64,000 nucleotides of DNA from an uncultured delta proteobacterium (GTDB lineage Bacteria; Myxococcota; Myxococcia; Myxococcales; Myxococcaceae), in the NCBI GenBank assembly GCA_963796055.1, contig CAWCKH010000004.1, positions 2,752,001 through 2,816,000 on the forward strand, in the 5' to 3' direction. Of the stretch, positions 55,911-64,000 are shown piece by piece. Both the position numbers and the translations under genes were made by a program. The notes under the pieces were generated by a model. It made no database searches, was not told where the DNA came from, and worked only from the letters and a program-made list of their open reading frames with translations. The stretch's first letter is position 1. Each line of letters opens with the position of its first letter.

Positions 55911-57063
55911 CGGGCACCTCGCAGCCGGGGAGCCCGTCCGACAGGGTGATGGTCGCACCCGGACGGCAGGTGGGACAGCCCGGGTCGCGCCGCAGCGACA
56001 GCTCGGAGAACCGCGTCCCCAGCGCGTCGAAGGTCAGCAGCCGGCCCACCAGGGGCGTTCCGATGCCGAGCAGCAGCTTCAGCACCTCGTTCGCCTGCAC
56101 CAGCCCGATGAGCCCCGGCAGCACCCCGAGCACCCCGGCCTCGGCGCACGACGGGGCCAGCTCCGGAGGCGGCGGTGTGGGGTACAGGCAGCGGTAGCAG
56201 GGACCGACCCCCGGCAGCAAGGTCGTCGCCTGGCCCTCGAAGCGGTACACGCTGCCGTGCACCAGGGGGATTCCCTCCTGCACGCAGGCGTCGTTGAGCA
56301 GGTAGCGGGTGGGGAAGTTGTCTCCGCCGTCCACCACCACCTCGAAGTCGCGCACGATGCGCACCACGTTGGCGGCGGTGAGCCGCTCGGCGAAGGTGAG
56401 AACTCTCAGGTCGGGGTTGAGCGCGGTGAGCGCCTCCCGCGCGCTGTCGGTCTTCGGCCGGCCGGCGTCGGCGGTGCGGTGCAGGACCTGGCGCTGCAGA
56501 TTGCTCACCTCGACCACGTCGGAGTCGACGATGCCCAGGGTGCCCACCCCCGCGGCGGCGAGGTACAGCGCCGCCGGGGAGCCCAGCCCACCCGCTCCGA
56601 GCACCAGCACCCGCGAGCCGAAGAGCCGTGCCTGCCCGGCCTCGCCCACCTCGGGCAAGGTGGTGTGGCGCCGGTACCGGGCCTTCTGGTCGGCGCGGAG
56701 CTGGATGGGTTTTGCCCGAGGAAAGCCGAGATCGCTCCACCGCCCGAACCCGCCCGCCAGTGAGGACACCCGGGCGTACCCGAGCTCGAGCAGGGTGCGT
56801 CCGGCGAGCAGCGAGCGAACGCCGCTGGCGCAGTACACCACCACCTCCCGCTCGCGGCTCACCATCCGCTCGATGCCGAGCTCGAGGTTCCCGCGCGGCA
56901 CCAGCAGCGCGCCGGGGAGATGACCCTCGGCGGTCTCGTCCGGCTCGCGCACGTCGAGCAGGACCGGCACCTCGGAGGTCCCCAGCCGTGCGGCGACCGT
57001 CTCGGGGCTGACCTCCGGGACGACGGCGCGGGCCTGCTCGAGCAGCTGACGGAAGGTGGGCAT
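55897..57063 (-). CDS. moeB: Rhodanese-MoeB/E1-like adenylyltransferase fusion
   Basis: N-terminal rhodanese (LDVRE, CASGVRS), then RYRRH, GAGGLGSP, SNLQRQ, DNFPTRY, CYRC, CAEAGVLG and CPTC. Confidence 0.92.
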   Translation of the reverse strand: MPTFRQLLEQARAVVPEVSPETVAARLGTSEVPVLLDVREPDETAEGHLPGALLVPRGNLELGIERMVSREREVVVYCASGVRSLLAGRTLLELGYARVSSLAGGFGRWSDLGFPRAKPIQLRADQKARYRRHTTLPEVGEAGQARLFGSRVLVLGAGGLGSPAALYLAAAGVGTLGIVDSDVVEVSNLQRQVLHRTADAGRPKTDSAREALTALNPDLRVLTFAERLTAANVVRIVRDFEVVVDGGDNFPTRYLLNDACVQEGIPLVHGSVYRFEGQATTLLPGVGPCYRCLYPTPPPPELAPSCAEAGVLGVLPGLIGLVQANEVLKLLLGIGTPLVGRLLTFDALGTRFSELSLRRDPGCPTCRPGATITLSDGLPGCEVPDARA

Positions 57064-57119
57064 CGGGGGTCGAGTGCGTATAACAGACCCGGCGGCAACG
57101 GCCAGGAGGCCTGGGGAGA

Positions 57120-57863
57120 ATGACGCTCGACGGACGGGTGGTGCTGGTGACCGGGGGAGCCATCCGGCTCGGGCGGGCCATTGTCCAGGCGCTCGCCGCG
57201 GAGGGCGCCACCCTCGCCGTACACCACCACGGCTCGGGCGAGGCAGCCGAAGCGCTGGTGTCCGAGCTCCGGAGCGCGGGCCGGCGTGCGCAGGCCTTCC
57301 GGGCCGACCTCACCGACGACGCCCAGCTGGCGTCCCTGGTGCCCGAGGTGGAGCGCGCGCTGGGGCCGGTCCAGGTCCTGGTGAACAGCGCCGCGCGGTT
57401 CACGCGCGCGGCATTTCTCGACACCGACGCGGCGATGCTCGACGCCGAGTGGCGGCTCAACGCCCGGGCCCCCTTCCTGCTCACCCGCGCGGCGGCGCGG
57501 GGGATGGTGGAGCGGCGGGAAGGGGTGGTGGTCAACGTGCTCGACATCGGCGGCGCGCTGGTCCCCTGGCCCTCGTACTCCGCGTACTGCATGAGCAAGG
57601 CGGCGCTGCACATGCTGACTCAGGTACTGGCCCTCGAGCTCGCCCCCCACGTCCGGGTGAACGGGGTGGCGCCGGGCACCGTACTCCCACCCGAGTCGCT
57701 CGGGCCGGAGGAGCGCGAGCAGCTCCGTCGCCGCGTCCCCCTGCAGCGCTTCGGCACGCCCCGGGACGTCGCCGACACCGTGCGCTTCCTGGTGAACGGT
57801 CCGGATTTCATCACCGGACAGGTGGTGGCGGTGGACGGGGGCCGGGTGCGGGGGAGTCGCTGA
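57120..57863 (+). CDS. Short-chain dehydrogenase, pteridine reductase (FolM/PTR1)-like
   Basis: TGGAIRLG, LVNSA, YCMSK, VRVNGVAPG and FITGQ...VDGG. Confidence 0.85.
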   Translation: MTLDGRVVLVTGGAIRLGRAIVQALAAEGATLAVHHHGSGEAAEALVSELRSAGRRAQAFRADLTDDAQLASLVPEVERALGPVQVLVNSAARFTRAAFLDTDAAMLDAEWRLNARAPFLLTRAAARGMVERREGVVVNVLDIGGALVPWPSYSAYCMSKAALHMLTQVLALELAPHVRVNGVAPGTVLPPESLGPEEREQLRRRVPLQRFGTPRDVADTVRFLVNGPDFITGQVVAVDGGRVRGSR

Positions 57864-57921
57864 GGCCCCGTTCTCCGGCCCGCCCGTGGAAACCCCGTCC
57901 CGGCGTGGATATACAGGAGGC

Positions 57922-58302
57922 ATGGATACCTCCACCGCCACCCCTGCGGCCCCCGCCCCCGCCGCGACTCCGGCCTTCCCGCTGAAGCTCACCGCCCGGG
58001 CGGTCGAGCAGGTGAAGGCGGTGCAGAAGCAGCAGGGCTTCGAGGGCTACTACCTGTCGGTCCGGGTCGTCCCGGCCGGCTGCAGCGGCTTCGGCTACGA
58101 CCTGAATCTGGTCAAGGACATCTCGGCGAACGACGTGGTCGGCGAGCAGGACGGCATCCGGCTGGTCACCGACGCGCTCAGCCAGCAGTACCTGGCCGGT
58201 ACCGAGGTGGACTACGTGGTCGGAACCACCGCGGCGGGGTTCAAGTTCGAGAACCCCAACGCCAAGAGCACGTGCGGCTGCGGCACGTCCTTCTCCACCT
58301 AG
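57922..58302 (+). CDS. A-type Fe-S carrier (IscA/ErpA/HesB family)
   Basis: AGGAGG RBS; GCSGF.Y and FKFENPNA..TCGCG.SF. Confidence 0.93.
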   Translation: MDTSTATPAAPAPAATPAFPLKLTARAVEQVKAVQKQQGFEGYYLSVRVVPAGCSGFGYDLNLVKDISANDVVGEQDGIRLVTDALSQQYLAGTEVDYVVGTTAAGFKFENPNAKSTCGCGTSFST

Positions 58303-58417
58303 TCTCGATCCACTCCAGCACCCGTCCGCCAAAGGCGGCGTTCAAGGGGTTGGCGTCGGAGGGGAGGATCATCTGCGTCATGACCGCGATGCTCTCTCTG
58401 GGGCTCTTGGGCTCCAT
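58241..58417 (-). pseudogene. Truncated hotdog acyl-CoA thioesterase (YciA-like), first ~38 codons only
   Basis: MEPKSPRESIAVMTQMILPSDANPLNAAFGGRVLEWI, after which the frame runs directly into the antisense of the iscA-like gene at ~58302. Confidence 0.72.
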
Positions 58418-58431
58418 GGTGGAGGGGCTCT

Positions 58432-59226
58432 CTACCCCAGCACGTCGCGGAGCAGATCCGGTCTGTCGGTCATGATGCCTCCGACGCCGATCGCCACCAG
58501 CGCGCGCATGGTTTCCGGCTCGTCGATGGTCCAGACGTTCACCCAGCGCCCCAGCCGCGTGGTGGCCTCGAGGAACGGCGGATCCACCAGGCGGACCTCG
58601 CCGTAGTCCAGCGGCATGTCCAGGACCTGATATCGCGGATCGTCGGGCGGCTCGGCGCCGGACTTGATGGCCAGCACCAGCTGGGTGAGCGCATCGCGGG
58701 GATAGAAGGCGCAGACCTCGGGGGCCGCCTCGACCAGGCGCTCGGCCAGGGAGTCCAGCTCGCTCCCGACGCACACCCGCTGCGTGGCCCGCTCGGCCCG
58801 GAGCAGGCCGGCGATCGCCGCCTCTGCCCCGGGCGCCTCGGCCTTGAGCTCCACGTTGAGCCGGAGCGCGGGGAAGGCGCGGAGCACCTCGCGGAAGGTG
58901 GGGATCCGCACGCCCTGTCCACGGAAGGGGTAGGTGCGTCCGGCGTCGGTGGTGAAGTGGAACCCGGCGTCGAGCCGCCGGAGCTGGGCGAGGGTGTGGT
59001 CGGCGATGCGCCCGTCGCCATCGGTGCAGCGCTGCAGGGTCGGGTCGTGGGAAACCACCAGCTCGCCGTCGCGCGTGGCATGCACGTCCAGCTCGAGCAT
59101 GTCGGTGCGCCAGCGCTCCACCGCGGCGCCGAACGCGGCCAGGGTGTTCTCGGGAGCGAGCAGCGCGCCGCCGCGGTGGGCGATGTGCAGCGTGGGGCGG
59201 AGTCCCTCGAGGAAGGGGTGGCGCAT
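58432..59226 (-). CDS. Glycerophosphodiester phosphodiesterase
   Basis: IAHRGG...PENTL.AF, ELDVH.TRDG..VVSHD, NVELK, VWTID and GIMTDRP. Confidence 0.93.
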   Translation of the reverse strand: MRHPFLEGLRPTLHIAHRGGALLAPENTLAAFGAAVERWRTDMLELDVHATRDGELVVSHDPTLQRCTDGDGRIADHTLAQLRRLDAGFHFTTDAGRTYPFRGQGVRIPTFREVLRAFPALRLNVELKAEAPGAEAAIAGLLRAERATQRVCVGSELDSLAERLVEAAPEVCAFYPRDALTQLVLAIKSGAEPPDDPRYQVLDMPLDYGEVRLVDPPFLEATTRLGRWVNVWTIDEPETMRALVAIGVGGIMTDRPDLLRDVLG

Positions 59227-59320
59227 GGGGGAAGGGAGTGTCCGCGCGGGATGGACACCACACAAGCGCCTGGAATGACGGCCGACGCTCCGTCCCGGTC
59301 CGGGCCAGCGGTGCCTGCAT

Positions 59321-59410
59321 GTCACGTCTCGTCACGTCTAACCCGTTGAATTGATGAACGAAATGAACGGAATCCTCCGTTTGGCACCCTCCCGGGGCGG
59401 AACGTACAAT
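59321..59410 (+). promoter_or_regulatory. Two sets of tandem direct repeats followed by a sigma70-like promoter
   Basis: GTCACGTCT x2 (10-bp period, 59321-59339), ATGAACG x2 (9-bp period, 59354-59369), then TTGGCA-N18-TACAAT (59381-59410). Confidence 0.5.
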
Positions 59411-59420
59411 CGCCGGCGGG

Positions 59421-60221
59421 ATGGCAGGTCCGCGGAAGGCAAAAAACATCGTCAAGAAAGGGACTTACACCTCTGCCCGGCTCGTGGTGGCCCGGAACCG
59501 GCTGCCCGAGCCGCAGCGGTTGCTGCGGGTGTGGAGGCGCGTGCTCGAGCGGCGGCTCCGCGCGCGGCTCCGGGCCGAGGTGACCGTCGAGGTGCACGAC
59601 AACACCCACACCATGGTGACGTTCGAGCGGGTCCGGCGTGGGTGGCGGATCCGGGTCCATCACATGTTCCTGGCCGCGCCCGAGGAGGTCGTGACCGCGC
59701 TGGCGGAATTCGTGCGCTCGGCGGACGCGCGGAGCTCGGCCGTGCTCGACCGGTTCATCGAGCGGAGCAAGGCCTTCATCCGTCGCGTCTCGCCGGCGCA
59801 GCTCCGGCGCCGGCTGCGCATCGAGCCGGTGGGTCGCCACCACGACCTGTCCACCATCTTCGCCGGGCTCAACCGGCGCTACTTCGCCGGCCGGATCGCC
59901 GCCACCATCACCTTCGGTCCGGCGCCTCGAAGCCGCCGCCCGCGAAAGAGCATCAAGATGGGCAGCTACTCCGCGGACTCGCGCGTCATCCGGATCCACC
60001 CTGCGCTCGATCAGCCGAAGGTGCCGCGGTACTTCGTGGAGTGGATCGTGTTCCACGAGATGCTGCACCACGTGTACCGCGCCCGCCGCGGAGACGACGG
60101 GCGCCGCTGCGTGCACCCCCCGGAGTTCGTGGACCACGAGCGCCGGTTCCACGACTTCCATCGGGCCCAGGCCTGGGAGAACGAGAACCTCGACCTGTTG
60201 CTCCGCGCCCGGGTCGGATAG
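59421..60221 (+). CDS. SprT-like zinc metalloprotease
   Basis: DL..IF..LN.RYF.G, MGSY......IRIHPALD, FHEMLH and HPPEF...E..F; very basic. Confidence 0.75.
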   Translation: MAGPRKAKNIVKKGTYTSARLVVARNRLPEPQRLLRVWRRVLERRLRARLRAEVTVEVHDNTHTMVTFERVRRGWRIRVHHMFLAAPEEVVTALAEFVRSADARSSAVLDRFIERSKAFIRRVSPAQLRRRLRIEPVGRHHDLSTIFAGLNRRYFAGRIAATITFGPAPRSRRPRKSIKMGSYSADSRVIRIHPALDQPKVPRYFVEWIVFHEMLHHVYRARRGDDGRRCVHPPEFVDHERRFHDFHRAQAWENENLDLLLRARVG

Positions 60222-60229
60222 AGGCCACC

Positions 60230-61426
60230 TCAGGGAAGGATGAGCCCGCCCGGGCTTCGCCGCTCGCCCGGGGGAGCCCCGGGGCCGGTGGCGTCGCCGC
60301 CGCGCTCTTCGCCCGTGGCCGGCGCGCCGGATCCGCGCGCTCCGGGCTGCCGCCCCATCAGGGCCAGCACCTTGCCGAAGAGCTGCTCGGCGAACGGAGG
60401 GAAGAGGCCGGGGCTGCCGTGGAACAGTCGCCGCGCGGTCGCCCGCGCGACTCTGGCCAGGTGCTCGGCGCCACGCCGCTCCAGCGCCTCGGCCACGGTC
60501 CACAGCCGCCGCGCGTACAGCCGCCGGTGAGGCGGATCGAAGAACTCCTCGGCCTGGCTCCGGATGCGCTCGCGGAGGGCCTCCGCCTGCTGCTCCGGGC
60601 TCAGCGCCAGCGGGCTGGTGCGCAGCTCGTCCACGCGCAGCGCGAGCCGCTTCAGCTCGGACTCGGGTGGGAGCCACCCGGCGAGCTCGGGCTCGCGGTG
60701 CAGCGCCCCGCTCTCCACCGTCAGGGCCGCATCGCTGTCCTCGGGGGGCGGCAGCGGAGGCAGCTCGCCGGTTGCCACCTCCACCCCGAGGTGACGGAGG
60801 GCGACGTCGCTGTCGGTGGGGAAGGGGGTATGGCTGGCGAGGTTGCGCCGCACCGCCTCGGCGAGGAGCGCGCGCGCGTCCCCGGCGGACAGCGGCAGCA
60901 GCCGCTCCATCTCCAGGGTCCGGGCGAGCTTCCGCCAGGCGCTGCGGCTCATCTCGGCGAGGCTGATCGAGAGCAGGCCCAGCTCGTCGGAGACCAGCGC
61001 CTCCGCCACCTCCACTCCACCGCGCACCGGGCGGGCGATCAGCAGGGCCCGCTGTCCGGTTCCGTCGGGCAGGCTGGCGAAGGCCTGCAGCGCCTCGGGG
61101 GCAGCGGGGGCGGCCGGAGGTGGCGCCTCGGGTGCGCGGCCGCGCTCGGCCACCTGGACCCCTGCGGAACGCAGCTGGTAGAGCGCCCGCCGCGCCGCCT
61201 TGGCCACCTCGCGATCGGGGTGCATCGCCAGCTTCTCGGCGGGGGCCGCCCGCCGCAATGCCACCGCGGCCTCGAGCACCGCCAGCGCCAGCTCCGCCGG
61301 AAGGTCCGTTCCGTCCGCATCCCCACCCTCGAGCAGCGCCCGGGCACGCTCCCAGTCCTCGCCCAGCACGCTCTCGGGTGCGCTCTCTCCGGCGCGCAGC
61401 GCCTCGGCCAGCTCGTCGACGTTCAT
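60230..61426 (-). CDS. Hypothetical helical protein
   Basis: ATG 61426 overlaps the upstream stop (ATGA); HEAT-like D.EVAKAARRALYQLRS.G; ends SPGGLILP. Confidence 0.7.
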   Translation of the reverse strand: MNVDELAEALRAGESAPESVLGEDWERARALLEGGDADGTDLPAELALAVLEAAVALRRAAPAEKLAMHPDREVAKAARRALYQLRSAGVQVAERGRAPEAPPPAAPAAPEALQAFASLPDGTGQRALLIARPVRGGVEVAEALVSDELGLLSISLAEMSRSAWRKLARTLEMERLLPLSAGDARALLAEAVRRNLASHTPFPTDSDVALRHLGVEVATGELPPLPPPEDSDAALTVESGALHREPELAGWLPPESELKRLALRVDELRTSPLALSPEQQAEALRERIRSQAEEFFDPPHRRLYARRLWTVAEALERRGAEHLARVARATARRLFHGSPGLFPPFAEQLFGKVLALMGRQPGARGSGAPATGEERGGDATGPGAPPGERRSPGGLILP

Positions 61427-62982
61427 CGGCTGCGGTTCTCCAGCCACGCCATACCACCGGCCACGTCGATCGGGGTCACCTCGGTGCCGAACCGCGGGCC
61501 GAACACCGCCCGAGGGTCGACACCCCGCACCAGGAAGTGGCTGTACGCCGGACCCATGGTGTCCCACCGGAACCCGTCGGGACGCCACTCGCTGGGGAAG
61601 GTGGGCGGCGGCGGTCCGCGGTACCGGACGGGCGAGTGGGGCGTCCGGGCGAAGCTGAAGTTGGTGATGCCCCCGCGGAGCCTCGCCGGGACCGCGGCGG
61701 CGTGGAGGAACACCGGATGCCGCACCACCCGCGACCCCGGGTCGAAGATGAGCCCCATGATGCGTGGGCGGGGCGGCGTCTCCTCGGCGAAGCGCAGCAG
61801 CGGCGCCGCCTCGAGGTCGAAGGCGTGGAACCCCCGTCCCAGCGGCACCGCCAGGACCAGCCCCGCCACCAGCCCTCCGAGGAGGAGCAGCGGACGGATC
61901 CGGCCAGCGAGGGCCGGCACCGAGGCGACGGCGAGCGGCGCGAGCAGGTGCGCGTACCGGGTGTTCAGGTAGTAGACCGCGCCGCGGATGTCGAAGGGCA
62001 GGAGGAAGAAGAGGAGCCCTGCCAGGAGCGCCAGCCCCGGAAGGCGCCACCGCTCCACCGGTCCCTCGCGGGGGGTCGACCGCTGGCCGGCGATCCACAG
62101 CCCCAGCCCGACCAGGGCGACCAGGGTCGCCGCGCGGAGGCCCCAGCGGTCGCCGCCGTCCTTCAGCAGATTCGCGAGCAGGTCGGGGAGCTCCTCCAGG
62201 TTCTGCCGGAATGGCTTGAAGGAGAGGTTTCGCTCCGAGAGGAGCGGGCCCCACGCCTTCCACGGCGCCCCCTCCTCCACCTCCGCCGGGGCGAGCAGCC
62301 GGCCGGCCCCCCAGACTCCGAACAGCGCCACCGCCGGGATGCTGGAGAGCACCGCGGGGAGCCTCGGCCGGACTGGACCGTCCTCCGGCACGCGGGTGGT
62401 GAGGAGGAGGAAGGGGAGGGCGAGGCCGAGGAAGAGGAAGCCCTGCACGTGCATCAGCACCACCGCTACCAGCGCCACGGCGTGGGCCGCCGCCCAGCGT
62501 CGCCGGCGGGGCGCGTCGGTGAGCGCACGGACGAAGAGGCCCGCGGCGAGCAGTGCGAGCACGAACGAGGCGCTGGAGTTCACGAAACCCCAGCCGAAGC
62601 TGTCCCCGTAGGCGAAGGGCACGGTGAGCACCGCCGGCCAGCGCGGGCGCCCGAGCGAGCGGAGCAGGAACGCCACCGCCAGCGGGAGCCCGAGCACCAT
62701 CGCGCTGAGGAACAGCCGGTTGGCCAGCTCGAGCGGCACCAGCCAGGAGAGCAGATCCACCGTGAGGTAGTAGCCGAGGTACGGGGTGAGCTCGGCGCGG
62801 GCGGCGAATACCTGAGGATAGAGGGTGGTGGGATCGCCCAGCCGGTGGAGGGCCGAGATGAGGTGCAGGTGCTGGGGCAGGTCGACCATCGGGAGCTGCC
62901 GCGCGCACCAGAGCGGAACCACGCCGGCCAGCAGCGCCAGGGCGAAGGCTGCGCGAGCCACCCTCGGGTCGCCCGCGGTCAC
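61423..62982 (-). CDS. Polytopic membrane protein, possible GT-C-fold glycosyltransferase
   Basis: About 10 or more TM helices; first loop PMVDLPQH; WGFVN and RYAHL; C-terminal soluble domain. Confidence 0.6.
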   Translation of the reverse strand: MTAGDPRVARAAFALALLAGVVPLWCARQLPMVDLPQHLHLISALHRLGDPTTLYPQVFAARAELTPYLGYYLTVDLLSWLVPLELANRLFLSAMVLGLPLAVAFLLRSLGRPRWPAVLTVPFAYGDSFGWGFVNSSASFVLALLAAGLFVRALTDAPRRRRWAAAHAVALVAVVLMHVQGFLFLGLALPFLLLTTRVPEDGPVRPRLPAVLSSIPAVALFGVWGAGRLLAPAEVEEGAPWKAWGPLLSERNLSFKPFRQNLEELPDLLANLLKDGGDRWGLRAATLVALVGLGLWIAGQRSTPREGPVERWRLPGLALLAGLLFFLLPFDIRGAVYYLNTRYAHLLAPLAVASVPALAGRIRPLLLLGGLVAGLVLAVPLGRGFHAFDLEAAPLLRFAEETPPRPRIMGLIFDPGSRVVRHPVFLHAAAVPARLRGGITNFSFARTPHSPVRYRGPPPPTFPSEWRPDGFRWDTMGPAYSHFLVRGVDPRAVFGPRFGTEVTPIDVAGGMAWLENRSR

Positions 62983-63557
62983 GTCCCCGATTGCTGCGCG
63001 ACCAGAACCGGCCAGCCGCTGGCCATCGACTCACGGAGGAACGCGGCCAGCCGCCGGCGAGCGACGTTGACCGCACCCTGCATCGGGTCGACCAGCGCCT
63101 CCTCGCCGGTGCTGCGCTCGCGGCGGAGCGAGACCGGCTCGCCGCACCGCTCGCAGCGGATGCTGACGTCGCGCACCAGGCCGAGCGGAACCGCGTAGCG
63201 GGTGGCGCAGCGCTGGCATCTCCAGACCAGGGCCCGCTCGCCCTCCTCGGCAGCAGCGATCGCCTCGAGCTGGTCCGCCATCCGGAGGAGCGCCGGGAGG
63301 TCCTGGGGCGGCTTGGCGAAGACCACCGAGGGAGAGGCCTGCGGGCCCGGTGCTCCCATCCGCTGCAGCCCCTCGGTGGAGAACATCTGCGCCAGCCGGT
63401 CCCGCACCCGCTGGTTCCGGAACTCGATGCCCGCCAGCGCGCGATCCATCAGCCCCGCGGCCGCCGGAAGCTCGGGCTCGACCAGCGCCTCCGCGGGAAG
63501 CAGCTGGGGTGGCGCCACCAACCGATGGCTGGGGATGGAGAAGAAGCGGATGCCCAC
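62979..63557 (-). CDS. Hypothetical protein with zinc-ribbon (CxxC...CxxC)
   Basis: WRCQRCATRY...IRCERCGEP; its stop overlaps the next GTG start. Confidence 0.72.
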   Translation of the reverse strand: MGIRFFSIPSHRLVAPPQLLPAEALVEPELPAAAGLMDRALAGIEFRNQRVRDRLAQMFSTEGLQRMGAPGPQASPSVVFAKPPQDLPALLRMADQLEAIAAAEEGERALVWRCQRCATRYAVPLGLVRDVSIRCERCGEPVSLRRERSTGEEALVDPMQGAVNVARRRLAAFLRESMASGWPVLVAQQSGT

Positions 63558-63619
63558 GATCTTGAGAACGGTTTACCAGCCGCGGGTGTCGGGGCAAAGG
63601 CGCGGCGCAAGCGGGACGT

Positions 63620-64000
63620 TCAGGACCAGTCCAGCATCCGCTTCAGGGGCTTGTAGGCCGCGAGCCGGAGCGCCTCGGGCATGACCAGCTCCGGAGACCG
63701 CTCGGCCATGCACCGCCAGAGCTTCTCCATGGTGTTCAACTTCATGTAGGGGCACTCGTTGCAGCTGCACCCGTTCTCCGGAGGGGCGGGGATGAAGGTC
63801 TTCTGGGGAGCCCGGGTCTTCATCTGGTGCAGGATTCCCGCCTCGGTGACCACGATGAACTCGCGCCTGGGGCTCTTCAGCACGTGCTCCAGGATGCCCT
63901 TGGTGGACCCGATGTAATCGGCGTGCTGGAGCACCCGTTCCAGGCACTCCGGATGCGCCACCACCTCGGCCTCGGGATGCGCATGCTGAAGTTGGACCAG
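63620..64000 (-). CDS. nadA: Quinolinate synthase A (3' part; continues beyond window)
   Basis: HPEC, IGST, VTEAGILHQM and C.CNECPYMKLNT; frame open to the window edge. Confidence 0.92.
   Translation of the reverse strand: MVQLQHAHPEAEVVAHPECLERVLQHADYIGSTKGILEHVLKSPRREFIVVTEAGILHQMKTRAPQKTFIPAPPENGCSCNECPYMKLNTMEKLWRCMAERSPELVMPEALRLAAYKPLKRMLDWS

Noticed and set aside
59381..59398. TTGGCAC as a sigma54 -24 box upstream of the SprT-like gene
   Set aside because: There is no GC at the -12 position. It fits better as a sigma70 -35 with TACAAT 18 bp downstream.

Overview
Very GC-rich, gene-dense chromosomal segment from a myxobacterium (Myxococcota, Myxococcales-like). This is inferred from a GltK/B/A/C gliding cluster, a PlpA-like PilZ protein, a MYXO-CTERM protein and the myxobacterial T2SS layout. 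It holds about 65 protein genes. Main contents: the 5' part of a type II secretion operon (gspC-D-E-F-small ORF-G-H-I) next to an NtrC-family sigma54 activator; the gltK/gltBAC gliding genes; a PlsX-like + HAD-phosphatase pair; pcnB, dinB, rluA-like; a Ser/Thr kinase with a ~100-aa insert; uppS-cdsA-rseP, tsaB and a catalytically degenerate Asd-like protein; a MYXO-CTERM/beta-barrel pair; a moaD-moaE fusion; acs, rnhB, M61 and M24 peptidases; a rhodanese-MoeB/rhodanese/RsmB cluster; an A-type Fe-S carrier; a SprT-like protease; and the 3' end of nadA. I saw no rRNA, tRNA, CRISPR array, transposase or phage genes. Three single-base frameshifts and one abrupt gene truncation suggest an error-prone (long-read/MAG) assembly or recent decay. 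Best candidate for an undescribed system: a putative sigma54 'surface-export' regulon. Both the T2SS operon and the MYXO-CTERM/beta-barrel pair carry a correctly spaced -24/-12 promoter, with a TGACA-N3-TG(T/A)C(T/A) box 73-81 bp upstream. Other leads are the orphan ParB-fold protein, the PlsX-like/HAD lipid pair, the split kinase coupled to an RluA-family gene, the Asd pseudoenzyme and a sigma54-type XRE-dinB unit. All family assignments are by motif recognition from memory; no searches were run.
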